Below, piece after piece: positions 1 to 9,836 of a stretch of 64,000 nucleotides of DNA. Under the pieces are notes generated by a model that saw only the letters and a list, made by a program, of their open reading frames with translations, was not told where the DNA came from and did not search any database. Both the position numbers and the translations under genes were made by a program. Source of the stretch: an uncultured Phascolarctobacterium sp. (GTDB lineage Bacteria; Bacillota; Negativicutes; Acidaminococcales; Acidaminococcaceae); assembly GCA_947629685.1 (NCBI GenBank), contig CANREP010000001.1, positions 113,958 through 177,957 of the forward strand, read 5' to 3'. The stretch's first letter is position 1, and each line of letters begins with the position of its first letter.

Positions 1-293
1 CGAACCAGGTCGCCTTCCTTAATCTTGGTTTCGCCGCCCATAAGTACGATACCTACGGAATCAGGGTTCAGGTTCAGAACCATGCCGGATACGTTGTGGG
101 GGAGCTCAACCAATTCGCCTGCCATGGCATTTTTCATACCGATTACGGTTGCGATACCGTCACCGATTTTTTCAACGATACCAACTTCTTCAAGATCAGC
201 ATCCACATTGTAATTCTCAAGCTTAGCGCTGAGAGCATCAGTCATTTCTTCAGGTTTTTCCAAAGCATAGTCATGAATGTCGATGCCACTCAT
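1..293 (-). CDS. atpA: F1F0 ATP synthase alpha subunit, N-terminal fragment (continues past the left edge)
   Basis: The minus-strand frame reads ...LEKPEEMTDALSAKLENYNVDADLEEVGIVEKIGDGIATVIGMKNAMAGELVELPHNVSGMVLNLNPDSVGIVLMGGETKIKEGDLV, the conserved alpha N-terminal region. It is the last visible gene of the atpZ-I-B-E-F-H-A order. The start is uncertain (ATG 293 or TTG 263). It is absent from the ORF track because it has no stop inside the window. Confidence 0.85.
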   Translation of the reverse strand, partial: MSGIDIHDYALEKPEEMTDALSAKLENYNVDADLEEVGIVEKIGDGIATVIGMKNAMAGELVELPHNVSGMVLNLNPDSVGIVLMGGETKIKEGDLV

Positions 294-578
294 AACAACT
301 TCCATCTTCTTCAGTTTGCGGAGAGCGGAAGCGTCATATACTTTATCGCCAACCTGGACGATGATACCGCCAAGAATAGCCGGGTCAACTTTTTTGTTTA
401 AAAAGATTTCGCGGCCCAGTTTTTCAGTGAGAATTGCAGAAATGGATTGATACTCATCAACAGTTAATTTTTTAGCTGTGGTAACATTTACGTCTAAAAG
501 TTCTTTGATAGAACCAAGATCCATTTTGAAGTCGGATAATTCTTGCTTAATCAAAGCAATGTTTTCTTCACTCTTCAT
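294..578 (-). CDS. atpH: ATP synthase delta (OSCP)-like protein, C-terminal domain only; no in-frame stop before atpA
   Basis: ATG at 578 is preceded by SD GGAGGTG (590-596). The translation MKSEENIALIKQELSDFKMDLGSIKELLDVNVTTAKKLTVDEYQSISAILTEKLGREIFLNKKVDPAILGGIIVQVGDKVYDASALRKLKKM matches only the C-terminal ~90 residues of delta (VDPxxxGGxxVxxGDxxxDxS motif). The frame continues into atpA without a stop. Confidence 0.6.
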
Positions 579-669
579 ATTGTACCAATCACCTCCGAAT
601 ACCGGCTCTTATTTACTGACTTCGCAACTGACAGTAAAGTGCGTCCGGCCTAATGGGAAAGCAGCAAAA

Positions 670-1152
670 TTATTTTTTCAGGATAGAGTCAACAATTTCG
701 CCAGCCAGTTTTTTATCTTCTTCAGAACCTAATTTTTGTTCAACGATCTTGCCAGCAGCAATCATGCTAAGGCTGATAACCTGGACGCGGATATCGTCCA
801 TAGCTTTTTTCTTTTCCAGAGCGATTGCTTCTTTTGCAGTTGCAATGATCTGATCTTGTTCAGCTTTAGTTTCAGCCACGATTTTATCGTGTGCAGCCTG
901 CGCAGTTTTGCGGGCATTGTCAATGATAGCCTGTGCTTCTTGTCTTGCATTTGCCAGTTTAGCGGCATATTCTGCTTTAACAGCTTCAGCTTCGTCTTTA
1001 GCTTTTTCAGCAGCTTCCAAATCCCCAGCAATTTTGTTCTTACGTTCATCCATGATTCTTACAACAGGTTTGTAAGCAAATTTTGCAAGAACGAAAACAA
1101 GAATCAAAAAGTTCAGGATCTGCGCGATAAGTGTTGCGTTAAAATTAACCAA
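670..1152 (-). CDS. atpF: F0 ATP synthase subunit b
   Basis: 160 aa. An N-terminal TM helix (ILNFLILVFVLAKF) is followed by a long Ala/Glu/Lys-rich helical stalk. It lies between atpE and atpH. Confidence 0.9.
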   Translation of the reverse strand: MVNFNATLIAQILNFLILVFVLAKFAYKPVVRIMDERKNKIAGDLEAAEKAKDEAEAVKAEYAAKLANARQEAQAIIDNARKTAQAAHDKIVAETKAEQDQIIATAKEAIALEKKKAMDDIRVQVISLSMIAAGKIVEQKLGSEEDKKLAGEIVDSILKK

Positions 1153-1190
1153 TTATAGCACTCTCCTTTTCGTAAATTCTTGCAAAAAAA

Positions 1191-1445
1191 TTATTTAATG
1201 AAGGGGTTAGCAAATACAAGTACGATTGCAATAACGTAGCAAAGGATAGGCATGGATTCGATCAAACCTACGCAAACCAGCATGTTGGTAAAGATCTTAC
1301 CAGCTTCTTCAGGTTGACGAGCCATAGATTCAATAGATTTGCCGCACATGTTGCCGTTACCAACACCAGCGCCAGCAGCTGCACCCAAGCATACGAGACC
1401 TGCACCGATTACGGATGCAGCGGTAATGATTGCATTTTCAGACAT
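1191..1445 (-). CDS. atpE: F0 ATP synthase subunit c (proteolipid)
   Basis: Two hydrophobic helices, a glycine-rich first helix (GAAAGAGVGNGN), the loop ARQPE, and a conserved carboxylate in GLIESMPI. The longest ORF starts at 1454, but the ATG at 1445 has better spacing to AAAGGA. Confidence 0.9.
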   Translation of the reverse strand: MSENAIITAASVIGAGLVCLGAAAGAGVGNGNMCGKSIESMARQPEEAGKIFTNMLVCVGLIESMPILCYVIAIVLVFANPFIK

Positions 1446-1489
1446 TTGATTCATCCTTTCAAAATTATAAATTAAATTGGAATAACAGA

Positions 1490-2215
1490 TTAGTGTTCGT
1501 CATGGCTGGCAAAAGCGAGCGCATAGCTGCCCAAAGCCAGAATGGTAAAGATAAACGCCTGAACAAAGCCAATGAACAAACTGAACATTACCCACAGTTC
1601 AGGAATAACCCACGGAGAAAGCTGGTATAATACAATCAGCAAAATTTCGCCTGCAAGGATATTACCAAAAAGACGAAGAGCCATAGTCAGCGGTTTGGTA
1701 ACTGCATCTAATAAATGCAAGGGCAAGAATGCCGGACTCGGGCTGATAAAATGTTTGAAGTGTCCAAGGCCCTGCTTCATAACGCCAACCATATATGCAC
1801 TAAACGCTACTAATAAAGAAAGCGCAAAGCAAGTATTGATATCGTTGGTAGGAGAAGTCCAATGCACACCAATTTGGGGAAGAAAAATACCCAGTTCATT
1901 GCTAACTAAGATGAACATGAACAAAGTCACAATAAACGGTGCCATAAACTTACGGCCTTTTGTGCCCAAATTGTCTTCCATCAAGCCATTCAAGAAGTCG
2001 AGAATAATTTCCATTGCATTTTGCAGTCCTGACGGAACCATCTTCGGATTCCTGCAGACTAATAAAAACAGTACAAATACGATGGCCATAGTTACCCAAG
2101 TCATATACATGGTCTGCATATTAACTTCACCCAAAAAAGTGTTCTGAGCAAGGTAATGGATAATTTCACCAGAATTTGCTGCTTCTTTAGCTGCGTCAGC
2201 TGCTACATTTCCCAT
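1490..2215 (-). CDS. atpB: F0 ATP synthase subunit a
   Basis: 241-aa polytopic protein with the conserved a-subunit motif LALRLFGNILAGE (essential Arg). Confidence 0.9.
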   Translation of the reverse strand: MGNVAADAAKEAANSGEIIHYLAQNTFLGEVNMQTMYMTWVTMAIVFVLFLLVCRNPKMVPSGLQNAMEIILDFLNGLMEDNLGTKGRKFMAPFIVTLFMFILVSNELGIFLPQIGVHWTSPTNDINTCFALSLLVAFSAYMVGVMKQGLGHFKHFISPSPAFLPLHLLDAVTKPLTMALRLFGNILAGEILLIVLYQLSPWVIPELWVMFSLFIGFVQAFIFTILALGSYALAFASHDEH

Positions 2216-2218
2216 TTG

Positions 2219-2641
2219 TTACACTCCTTTCTTCACGTTCCTCTCATTAGTAAGTTGGTACGCGATAAATAATAAATTGATGATAAAAAATATATGTATC
2301 AGAAGAAAGCCGCCAAATGCGCCAGGCACATGCAGCTTCATTCTTAACATCAAAATTATAAAGCAGGCAGCCGAAGCAACCCGCAGCCATCTGAAACGCT
2401 TCATGATCTTCAGGGCCTGCTTCGGAAAATCAACGTAGGGCAGGGACCGCTTCATCCCTACAAACAGGATGATGAGGTCGATTGTCGCGGCAACCACTCC
2501 GCAAAACAAACCTTCCGCTAAGTAATGATACCCCAAAAGCTTCACTAAGACAACAAAAAAAAGTGCAGAAAGTGTAATTTTTGTAATAAATTTGCAACTG
2601 CCGCTGCGGACTACCGGAGTAAGATCAAAATTCGTCTTCAT
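2219..2641 (-). CDS. atpI: ATP synthase protein I
   Basis: 140-aa protein with four hydrophobic segments, immediately upstream of atpB, in the usual atpI position. Confidence 0.7.
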   Translation of the reverse strand: MKTNFDLTPVVRSGSCKFITKITLSALFFVVLVKLLGYHYLAEGLFCGVVAATIDLIILFVGMKRSLPYVDFPKQALKIMKRFRWLRVASAACFIILMLRMKLHVPGAFGGFLLIHIFFIINLLFIAYQLTNERNVKKGV

Positions 2642-2898
2642 TTTTCCTTCTTATCTTTTTCTCTGGAGAATATGCTTTTGTTAATCAGATTATAGTATGT
2701 AAGCGCCAGTGAAACCACAGCCAAAGCTATACACAGCGAGCGCATGGTGTGGTCGCCTGTCTGAAAATATCTGTCCAGCCAGTCGCCGCCGAAATAAGCC
2801 AGCAGAAAATCAAAAACAGCCATGAAAGCCAGCGAAGAAACCGTAGCCAGCGCTTCCAGCATCCGCATATGTTCTTTATCCGGCCCCTGCATGTTCAT
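2638..2898 (-). CDS. AtpZ/AtpR-like small membrane protein at the head of the atp operon
   Basis: 86 aa with two TM helices. It overlaps the atpI start by 4 nt, and its position and size fit the AtpZ family. Confidence 0.55.
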   Translation of the reverse strand: MNMQGPDKEHMRMLEALATVSSLAFMAVFDFLLAYFGGDWLDRYFQTGDHTMRSLCIALAVVSLALTYYNLINKSIFSREKDKKEK

Positions 2899-2994
2899 GA
2901 TTGTTCCTCTTACAAAATATTTTCAGAAAAATTCACATCTTTATCATATTTTTTACACATATAATTCTAATATTTTTCACTACATTTGTCTATC

Positions 2995-4152
2995 TTAATT
3001 AGTAAGAAATTCAGATAATTTTTGCATCTCAAAACCGTTTTTCCGCAAAACTGCATTAACGATCCTTGCGCAGGCCTGGCCGTCGCCATAGGGATTGGCG
3101 GCTTCAGCCATGTTCTTGTAGTGAGCTTCATCATCCAGCAATCTGTTGGTTTCGCGCAATACGTCCTCGTAAGCCGTCCCCACCAGCAGTACAGTACCTG
3201 CCGCTACCGCCTCCGGGCGCTCCGTAGTATCGCGCAGTACCAGCACCGGCTTGCCCAGCGCGGGGGCTTCTTCCTGGATACCGCCGCTGTCTGTAAGTAC
3301 GATATCCACTTTAGCCATCAAATTAGCAAAAGGCTCATAATCCATGGGCTCGATCAGATGCACCCTTGCCAGCCCGCCCAGTTCCTGCTGCACGATTTCG
3401 CGTACTTTGGGATTCTTATGCACGGGAAAGATAGCTTCCACATCGTCGTGAGTCTCCAGCACCTTCTTAAGAGCTTTATAAACATGGCGCATAGGTTCGC
3501 CCAAGTTTTCTCTGCGATGGGTCGTCATCAGGATGAGACGGTGTCCGCTGGCAAAGACTTTGTTGAATTCTGCATCCTCGAAAACATAATCCGGCTGTAC
3601 CGTCGCCTGCAACGCGTCTATAACCGTATTGCCGGTCACAAGGATATTGTCAGGATTTACGTTTTCTTTCAGCAGATTCTGCTTGCTGATAGCTGTAGGA
3701 GCGAAATGCATATCAGCAATAGCGCCCGTCAGCTTGCGGTTCATTTCCTCCGGGTACGGAGAATATTTATTGCCGGTACGCAGTCCTGCCTCCACATGTC
3801 CGACAGGTATCTGCGCATAAAAAGCGGCCAGCGCGCCTGCAAAAGTGGTAGTAGTATCGCCGTGTACCAGTACGATATCAGGCTTGGCCTGTTCCATGAC
3901 TTCTTTCAGGCCCATCAGCGCACGGGTAGTAACATCGTACAAGGTCTGCCCGGACGTCATAATATTCAGGTCATAATCGGGTCTGATATGAAAAAGTTCC
4001 AGCACCTGGTCAAGCATCTCTCTATGCTGAGCAGTAACAGCCACCAGCGGCTCGATAAGCTCCGGGTACTTTTTCATCTCCAGTACCAGCGGGCACATTT
4101 TGATAGCTTCCGGGCGGGTGCCGAAAACAGTCATAACTTTAAGCTTTCTCAC
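2995..4152 (-). CDS. mnaA: UDP-N-acetylglucosamine 2-epimerase (non-hydrolysing)
   Basis: 385 aa. N-terminus KVMTVFGTRPEAIKMCPL, then HGDTTTTFAGALAAFY, HVEAGLRT and DSGGIQEEAP, all hallmark WecB/MnaA motifs. Confidence 0.9.
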   Translation of the reverse strand: MRKLKVMTVFGTRPEAIKMCPLVLEMKKYPELIEPLVAVTAQHREMLDQVLELFHIRPDYDLNIMTSGQTLYDVTTRALMGLKEVMEQAKPDIVLVHGDTTTTFAGALAAFYAQIPVGHVEAGLRTGNKYSPYPEEMNRKLTGAIADMHFAPTAISKQNLLKENVNPDNILVTGNTVIDALQATVQPDYVFEDAEFNKVFASGHRLILMTTHRRENLGEPMRHVYKALKKVLETHDDVEAIFPVHKNPKVREIVQQELGGLARVHLIEPMDYEPFANLMAKVDIVLTDSGGIQEEAPALGKPVLVLRDTTERPEAVAAGTVLLVGTAYEDVLRETNRLLDDEAHYKNMAEAANPYGDGQACARIVNAVLRKNGFEMQKLSEFLTN

Positions 4153-4168
4153 TTATTCTTCCTCCCCA

Positions 4169-5162
4169 CTATCTGTCATTGAGAATACCTATCTTCTTTG
4201 CGCCCACAGCCACCGCCGTAATAATCACCGCGATGATGAGGGCCGCATAAAAGCCGTCCATTTCCGCCCACAGCACGGCGCCGATGCCCAGCGCAGCGCT
4301 GATAGCGTACATCAGCAGTACAGCCTGTTTCTGATTCATCCCCATAGCCAGCAGCCTGTGATGCAGATGACCTTTGTCAGGTTGAAAAATCGGCCTGCCG
4401 TTGCTGTAGCGGCGCATAATTGCAAAAGCCGTATCCATAATCGGCAGTCCCAGCGCTATGGCCGGCTGTCTTTACGGCCCCGTAAACAGAAACAGCAGCC
4501 AGCATATAGCCGATGAACATGCTGCCGGTATCGCCCATGAATATCGTTGCCGGATTGAAGTTATAGCGGATAAAGCCAATGATGCCGCCTGCCAGTGCAG
4601 CCGTCAGAATAGCGATATGGTAGTACCCCATCTGTACCGCTACCAGGATCACCGTCAGCGAGGCAATGGCAGAAACGCCTGCCGCCAGTCCGTCCAAACC
4701 GTCAATCAGGTTTACTACATTGGTAAAGCTGATTACCCAGAAAATCGTCAGCGGGATAGAAATAAATTCGTCCAGATAGAAATAACCGCCAAAAGGATTA
4801 TTTACCCATTCTATCCTGATATCGAACAAGATCAATACGCAGGCTGCAGCAATCTGTCCCAGCAGTTTTACCTTGGCCGGCAGCTGGTATTTATCGTCCA
4901 AAATACCCACCAGTACGATAAGCGTGCCGCCCAGCAGGATGCCCACGATATCCCACGTCAGCTCCAGGCTGGCGACTACGCCCACCATAAAAGCAATATA
5001 GATGGCGAGTCCGCCCAATCTGGGCATGATTTTTTTATGTACTTTACGGTTGTCAGGCTTATCAATGGCCCCTATTTTAAAAGCCAGCATCTTGATATAC
5101 GGGGTCAGCACATAGCTGACCAGCGCTGCAAGCAGGAAGGGAAAACCATAAACTTTTAACAT
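4169..5162 (-). pseudogene. tagO: TagO/WecA-type (MraY family, GT4) undecaprenyl-phosphate sugar-1-phosphate transferase, split by a frameshift
   Basis: Two ORFs (4377..5162 and 4169..4438) together cover one family member: ...NLIDGLDGLAAG...FMGDTGSMFIGYMLA...YGAVKTA // AIALGLPIMDTAFAIMRR...PIFQPDKGHLHHRLL. The frames switch at GCCGGCC, around 4455-4467. Confidence 0.8.
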
Positions 5163-5298
5163 TTTTACCTCACTATGATTCAGCTGTACATTGGCAGCGG
5201 GATTTATTTAATTTCTTAATATAGTATATCAAAAAAAACTGTATTGTAAAAATTTTGTCAAAAAATTTTCACAATGTCTTAACCAAAAATACGGCCTG

Positions 5299-5332
5299 AA
5301 AAAATGGTCATCCGCATCAAACGGATGACCAT
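5299..5332 (-). terminator. intrinsic terminator after the dCMP deaminase gene
   Basis: Minus strand: ATGGTCATCCG-loop-CGGATGACCAT followed by TTTTTT. Confidence 0.8.
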
Positions 5333-5336
5333 GCAG

Positions 5337-5783
5337 TCAGTTATTCATTATGACTATTTCTATCCCTGCCGCTTCCATCATATCCTGCGCCAGCTTATCT
5401 GGATAAGGGTTGGCGTAGACTATACGGCTGATGCCGGCATTGATAAGTATCTTGGTGCACACCACACAGGGCTGATGGGTGCAGTAAACGGTACCGCCGT
5501 TTACTGACACGCCGTGATAGGCAGCCTGGACTACCGCATTCTGCTCTGCATGGATGCCGCGGCAAAGTTCGTGCATCTGCCCGGAAGGTACCTTGAGCTG
5601 CTCACGCAGGCAGCCGACATTTTCACAATGCGGCAGATTCTTGGGCGTGCCATTATAGCCGGTAGCTACAATCTGTCTGTTTTTTACGATCACTGCGCCG
5701 ACGCTGCGCCGCAAACAGGTAGAACGCTTGCTTACCACGCGGGCAATCTCCATAAAATACGCATCCCAGTCCGGTCTTTCCAT
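5337..5783 (-). CDS. comEB: dCMP deaminase (ComEB family)
   Basis: 148 aa with the zinc motifs HAEQNA and PCVVC and typical ComEB size. Confidence 0.85.
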   Translation of the reverse strand: MERPDWDAYFMEIARVVSKRSTCLRRSVGAVIVKNRQIVATGYNGTPKNLPHCENVGCLREQLKVPSGQMHELCRGIHAEQNAVVQAAYHGVSVNGGTVYCTHQPCVVCTKILINAGISRIVYANPYPDKLAQDMMEAAGIEIVIMNN

Positions 5784-5785
5784 AC

Positions 5786-6406
5786 TTATACCGTCCCAAA
5801 AATGCGGTCGCCGGCATCTCCCAGACCGGGAACTATATAACCATGCTCATTGAGATGGTCGTCCAGCGCAGCAGTATAAATCTTGACATCGGGATGCACC
5901 TCATTTAAGTGTTTTACACCTTCGGGCGCAGCCACCAGGCACATAAGGCGGATATTCTTCAAGCCGCGCTTTTTGAGCTGGTCTACAGCAGCCACCGCTG
6001 AGCCGCCGGTAGCCAGCATCGGATCCAGCAGAATGGTATAGGCGCCGGTGTCGCGAGGCAGCTTACAATAATATTCCTCTGGCTCCAAGGTTTCTTCGTT
6101 ACGGCTCATGCCGATATGGCCTACATTAGCTTCTGGTATCACGCGGATAACACCGTCTAAAAAGCCCAGCCCGGCGCGCAGGATGGGCACCAGGGTGATA
6201 CTGCCGGAAAGCTTGTAGCCGTTTGTTTCTGCCAAAGGCGTCTGCACTCTGATATTTTCTACAGGTATATCTTTGGTGACTTCGAAAACCATCAGCATCG
6301 TAATTTCATCCAGGATGCGTTTAAACCAGCTGGTCGGAGTTTTCGCGTCACGTATTTCAGTGAGTTTGGATTTAATTAACGGATGATCGACTACTTTTAT
6401 CTGCAT
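5786..6406 (-). CDS. upp: uracil phosphoribosyltransferase
   Basis: 206 aa. Starts [20 protein letters not shown], has the PRPP loop [12 protein letters not shown] and the C-terminal [16 protein letters not shown]. Confidence 0.95.
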   Translation of the reverse strand: MQIKVVDHPLIKSKLTEIRDAKTPTSWFKRILDEITMLMVFEVTKDIPVENIRVQTPLAETNGYKLSGSITLVPILRAGLGFLDGVIRVIPEANVGHIGMSRNEETLEPEEYYCKLPRDTGAYTILLDPMLATGGSAVAAVDQLKKRGLKNIRLMCLVAAPEGVKHLNEVHPDVKIYTAALDDHLNEHGYIVPGLGDAGDRIFGTV

Positions 6407-6422
6407 CAGAATCTTCCTTTAC

Positions 6423-7673
6423 TTAGATATTGGGATACATAGGGTATTTAGCGCACAAAGCAGCCACTCTTGCCGCAGCTTCTTTCTGCTTTTCAACATC
6501 GTCTTTATTCTTCAGTACCAGGCCGATAATAGCGGCTACTTCGCGCATATCGTCTTCATTAAAGCCCCTGGTAGTAACAGCCGGAGTACCCAGGCGGATG
6601 CCGCTGGTAACAAACGGGCTGGCCGGATCGAACGGGATAGTATTTTTATTGCAGGTAATGCCGATTTCATCAAGCAGATGTTCAGCATCCTTGCCGGTTA
6701 ATCCCTGACCTCGCACATCTACCAGTACCAGGTGGTTGTCGGTGCCGCCGGAAACGAGGCGGAAACCTTCTTTGGTCAGCGCTGCCGCAAAAGCTTTCGC
6801 ATTTTTAACGATATTTTCCTGGTAAGTCTTAAATTCCGGTTTTAAAGCCTCGCCGAAAGCCACCGCTTTAGCTGCTACGACATGCATCAGCGGACCGCCC
6901 TGGATGCCCGGGAAGATTGCCTTGTTGATAGCTTTGGCATATTCTTCATTATTGCACAGGATCAGGCCGCCGCGGGGACCGCGCAGCGTCTTATGAGTAG
7001 TAGTGGTGACTACGTCGGCATAGGGAACAGGATTGGGATGCAGCCCTGCGGCAACAAGGCCTGCAATATGAGCCATATCCACCAGCAGCAGCGCTCCTGC
7101 GCCATGAGCAATCTCCGCCATACGTTTAAAGTCAATTACACGCGGATAAGCGCTGGCGCCTGCTACGATCATTTTAGGACGATGTTCCTGCGCCAATTTT
7201 TCCAGCGCAGCGTAATCAATGGTCTCAGTTTCCTGATCTACACCGTAAGGAACTACATTAAAATATTTGCCGGAAATATTGACCGGTGACCCATGGCTCA
7301 GATGACCGCCTTGGGAAAGATTCATACCCATGATGGTGTCGCCGGGTTTTAAAAAGGCAAAATATACGGCCAGATTGGTGCTGGCGCCGCAATGCGGCTG
7401 TACGTTGGCGTAATTAGCGCCGAACAGTTTCTTTGCTCTTTCGATAGCCAGAGTTTCCACCTTGTCCACATATTCGCAGCCGCCATAATAACGGTGTCCG
7501 GGATAACCCTCGGCATATTTATTGGTCAAGATGGTTCCCATAGCTTCCATAACAGCCGGGGAGACAAAATTTTCAGACGCGATGAGCTCGATCTTATTTC
7601 TCTGGCGTTCCAGCTCCTCGTTGATAAAACCGTTTAATTCAGGGTCAGTCACAGCCAAGCTTGCTAAATTCAT
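6423..7673 (-). CDS. glyA: serine hydroxymethyltransferase
   Basis: PLP-lysine motif [14 protein letters not shown]. The longest ORF (to 7739) overlaps ywlG, whereas the ATG at 7673 has SD GGAGG. Confidence 0.95.
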   Translation of the reverse strand: MNLASLAVTDPELNGFINEELERQRNKIELIASENFVSPAVMEAMGTILTNKYAEGYPGHRYYGGCEYVDKVETLAIERAKKLFGANYANVQPHCGASTNLAVYFAFLKPGDTIMGMNLSQGGHLSHGSPVNISGKYFNVVPYGVDQETETIDYAALEKLAQEHRPKMIVAGASAYPRVIDFKRMAEIAHGAGALLLVDMAHIAGLVAAGLHPNPVPYADVVTTTTHKTLRGPRGGLILCNNEEYAKAINKAIFPGIQGGPLMHVVAAKAVAFGEALKPEFKTYQENIVKNAKAFAAALTKEGFRLVSGGTDNHLVLVDVRGQGLTGKDAEHLLDEIGITCNKNTIPFDPASPFVTSGIRLGTPAVTTRGFNEDDMREVAAIIGLVLKNKDDVEKQKEAAARVAALCAKYPMYPNI

Positions 7674-7701
7674 GAATAGTTCCTCCAATGTCGAATATAT
7701 C

Positions 7702-8253
7702 TTATCTGTTTTCTGGATAGCGGGCGCGTTCGCCGCCAATCAGCGGCGGCCTTGTACGGGCAGCCGTCAAAAGCGCGTTGCCTATCTGCTTATGCTGCAG
7801 GCGGACGGGTACGGCAACTCTTTTCAGATGCATACCGATCAGCGTCTGACCGATATCCATGCCGAGATGGGCTGTTACTGTTTCCACTACTACCGCATGG
7901 GCAAACCCCTCATAAGCCGCTGTAGCCATAGCGCCGCCCGCATGGGGCATAGGACGTACCGTTACCTCGGTCAGTCCGTATTTTTCCATGGCTTCCTCTT
8001 CCAGTACGATAGCCCTGTTGAGATGTTCGCAGCATTGAACAGCCAGATACAGGCCATGACTGTCAGTTACGGCTTTCAAAGCACTAAAAATCAGCGCAGC
8101 AGCTTCGCTGCTGCCGCCGGTACCGATCTTACTGCCGACGACCTCGCTGGTACTGCATCCCAGCACAAAGATCTGCCCTCGTTTAGCTCCGGCAACGGTA
8201 ATAAGTTCCTCGGCAGCCTCTGCGACCTGCCTGGTAATAATTTGCATGTCCAT
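7702..8253 (-). CDS. ywlG: TIGR01440/UPF0340 family protein (YwlG-like)
   Basis: 183 aa with GCSTSEV...CCEHLNRA...HAGG...IGMHLK...GG, resembling B. subtilis YwlG and in the same position between rpiB and glyA. Confidence 0.8.
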   Translation of the reverse strand: MDMQIITRQVAEAAEELITVAGAKRGQIFVLGCSTSEVVGSKIGTGGSSEAAALIFSALKAVTDSHGLYLAVQCCEHLNRAIVLEEEAMEKYGLTEVTVRPMPHAGGAMATAAYEGFAHAVVVETVTAHLGMDIGQTLIGMHLKRVAVPVRLQHKQIGNALLTAARTRPPLIGGERARYPENR

Positions 8254-8702
8254 TATTCTTCAGACTCCAAAGCCATAATCTTATTAACACGTCTTTCATG
8301 TCTGCCGCCGGCAAACTCTGTCGCCAGCCAGACATCGACGATCATTTCTGCCAGCCCCACGCCCGTGGTACGTTCGCCCATACATAATACGTTGGCATTA
8401 TTATGTTCGCGGCTCATTTTGGCAGAATAAACATCTGCGCACAATGCTGCTCTGATACCGCGGCATTTATTGGCAGCAATAGAAATGCCTATGCCGGTTC
8501 CGCAGATTAAGATGCCTTTTTCAGCTCCGCTGGCGCCGGAAACAATATCACGGCATAATTTTGCTGCAAAATCAGGATAATCGCAGGATTCTTCTGTATA
8601 GGTACCGTGGTCGACAACCTCGATACCCTTGTCCTGCAGGTATTTTTTAATATGCTCTTTCAAATGGATACCGCCATGATCACTAGCCATTGCTATCTTC
8701 AT
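8253..8702 (-). CDS. rpiB: ribose-5-phosphate isomerase B
   Basis: MKIAMASDHGG...CGTGIGISIAANK, RpiB/LacAB family. The ATG at 8702 is well spaced from GGAGGA; the alternative start is 8708. Confidence 0.9.
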   Translation of the reverse strand: MKIAMASDHGGIHLKEHIKKYLQDKGIEVVDHGTYTEESCDYPDFAAKLCRDIVSGASGAEKGILICGTGIGISIAANKCRGIRAALCADVYSAKMSREHNNANVLCMGERTTGVGLAEMIVDVWLATEFAGGRHERRVNKIMALESEE

Positions 8703-8738
8703 AATCATTCCTCCTATCGGTCAAGGTATCAAGCAATT

Positions 8739-9836
8739 TTATTTTACCATAAAAGACGGCAGCTGCGTACCGTTTTTTATCCTGAGTCCCGTATCCGTAA
8801 GCGTTACCAGCTGATAACCGGCAGCCTTACGCATCCTGTTCATCACCGCGAGACCGATCCCGCTTTCGTCAATGCCTTCAGCCAGAATCACATCCGGCCG
8901 GCTGCGGTCAAAATCACGCAGCAGATAAAACAGCTCTGCCGCCAGCTCTTCCTTGCTGTCACCCCAGCAGGCCAGCTGCATTCCTGGTATTGCCGGCAGC
9001 AAAACTTTCATAGCGCCGCTGCACAGCACGCCGACTTTTAGACCTTCTGCAGCAGCTTTGACAGCCATGGATGGCAATAACTCTGCGCTTTTTCCTTCCA
9101 AAAGATACATAGGTGCTTTAGGCGCATAATGTCTGTATTTCATTCCCGGGGCCTTAGGCCTGAAATTTTTATCTCCCTGCAGCGCCGGGTCAATTTCTAC
9201 TGCACCCAGCACTTCGGTCAGCATCTCATAGGTTATGCCGCCTGGGCGCAGTATTACCGGCACCGGCTCCGTCGTATCAACGACTGTAGATTCGAGGCCT
9301 ATCCCGCAGCTGCCTCCGTCCAGCACTGCGGCCACTTTGCCCTGCATATCTTCCAGTACGTCGGCTGCATTCGTCGGGCTTGGACGTCCCGAAATGTTGG
9401 CTGACGGAGCCGCTATCGGACAACCGCAGGCCTTGATCAGCCGCTGCGCAAAAACGTTGGACGGAAAACGCACCGCCACTGTCGGCAGTCCTGCGCTCAC
9501 AGCATCCGGCACGATAGCAGATTTTTCAACAATCAGCGTCAAAGGTCCGGGCCAGAATCTATCCATCAGCACTTTAGCATTTTCCGTCAGCCCGCTCGTC
9601 AGCCTGCTGATGCTTTCTTTAGCTGCAATATGCAGGATCAGCGGATTATCATTAGGCCGTCCTTTAGCAGCAAAAATCTTAGCCACAGCCTCACTGTTCA
9701 GTCCGTCGGCCCCCAGGCCGTAAACTGTTTCCGTCGGAAAGGCCACAACCTCGCCCTGTCTGATAAACTCTGCTGCTTTGATGATTATCTCATCATCAGC
9801 AGCATTATTTTGTAATTTCCAATAATATGTCTGCAT
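8739..9836 (-). CDS. tsaC: L-threonylcarbamoyladenylate synthase (Sua5/YwlC type, two-domain)
   Basis: YrdC-domain motif FPTETVYGLGAD plus a C-terminal Sua5 domain. The ATG at 9836 is chosen (SD GGTGGAAGG) because the longest ORF (to 9923) overlaps prmC extensively. Confidence 0.9.
   Translation of the reverse strand: MQTYYWKLQNNAADDEIIIKAAEFIRQGEVVAFPTETVYGLGADGLNSEAVAKIFAAKGRPNDNPLILHIAAKESISRLTSGLTENAKVLMDRFWPGPLTLIVEKSAIVPDAVSAGLPTVAVRFPSNVFAQRLIKACGCPIAAPSANISGRPSPTNAADVLEDMQGKVAAVLDGGSCGIGLESTVVDTTEPVPVILRPGGITYEMLTEVLGAVEIDPALQGDKNFRPKAPGMKYRHYAPKAPMYLLEGKSAELLPSMAVKAAAEGLKVGVLCSGAMKVLLPAIPGMQLACWGDSKEELAAELFYLLRDFDRSRPDVILAEGIDESGIGLAVMNRMRKAAGYQLVTLTDTGLRIKNGTQLPSFMVK

Noticed and set aside
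7674-7739. N-terminal extensions of the longest ORFs that overlap upstream genes. Affected genes: glyA, tsaC, rpmE, DUF1385, PHP, amt, comGC, DUF3793, yerC, DUF362, the RocB-like gene and the ABC ATPase.
   Set aside because: In each case an internal ATG, GTG or TTG has a well-spaced SD, matches the conserved family N-terminus and removes the overlap. The shorter coordinates were used.
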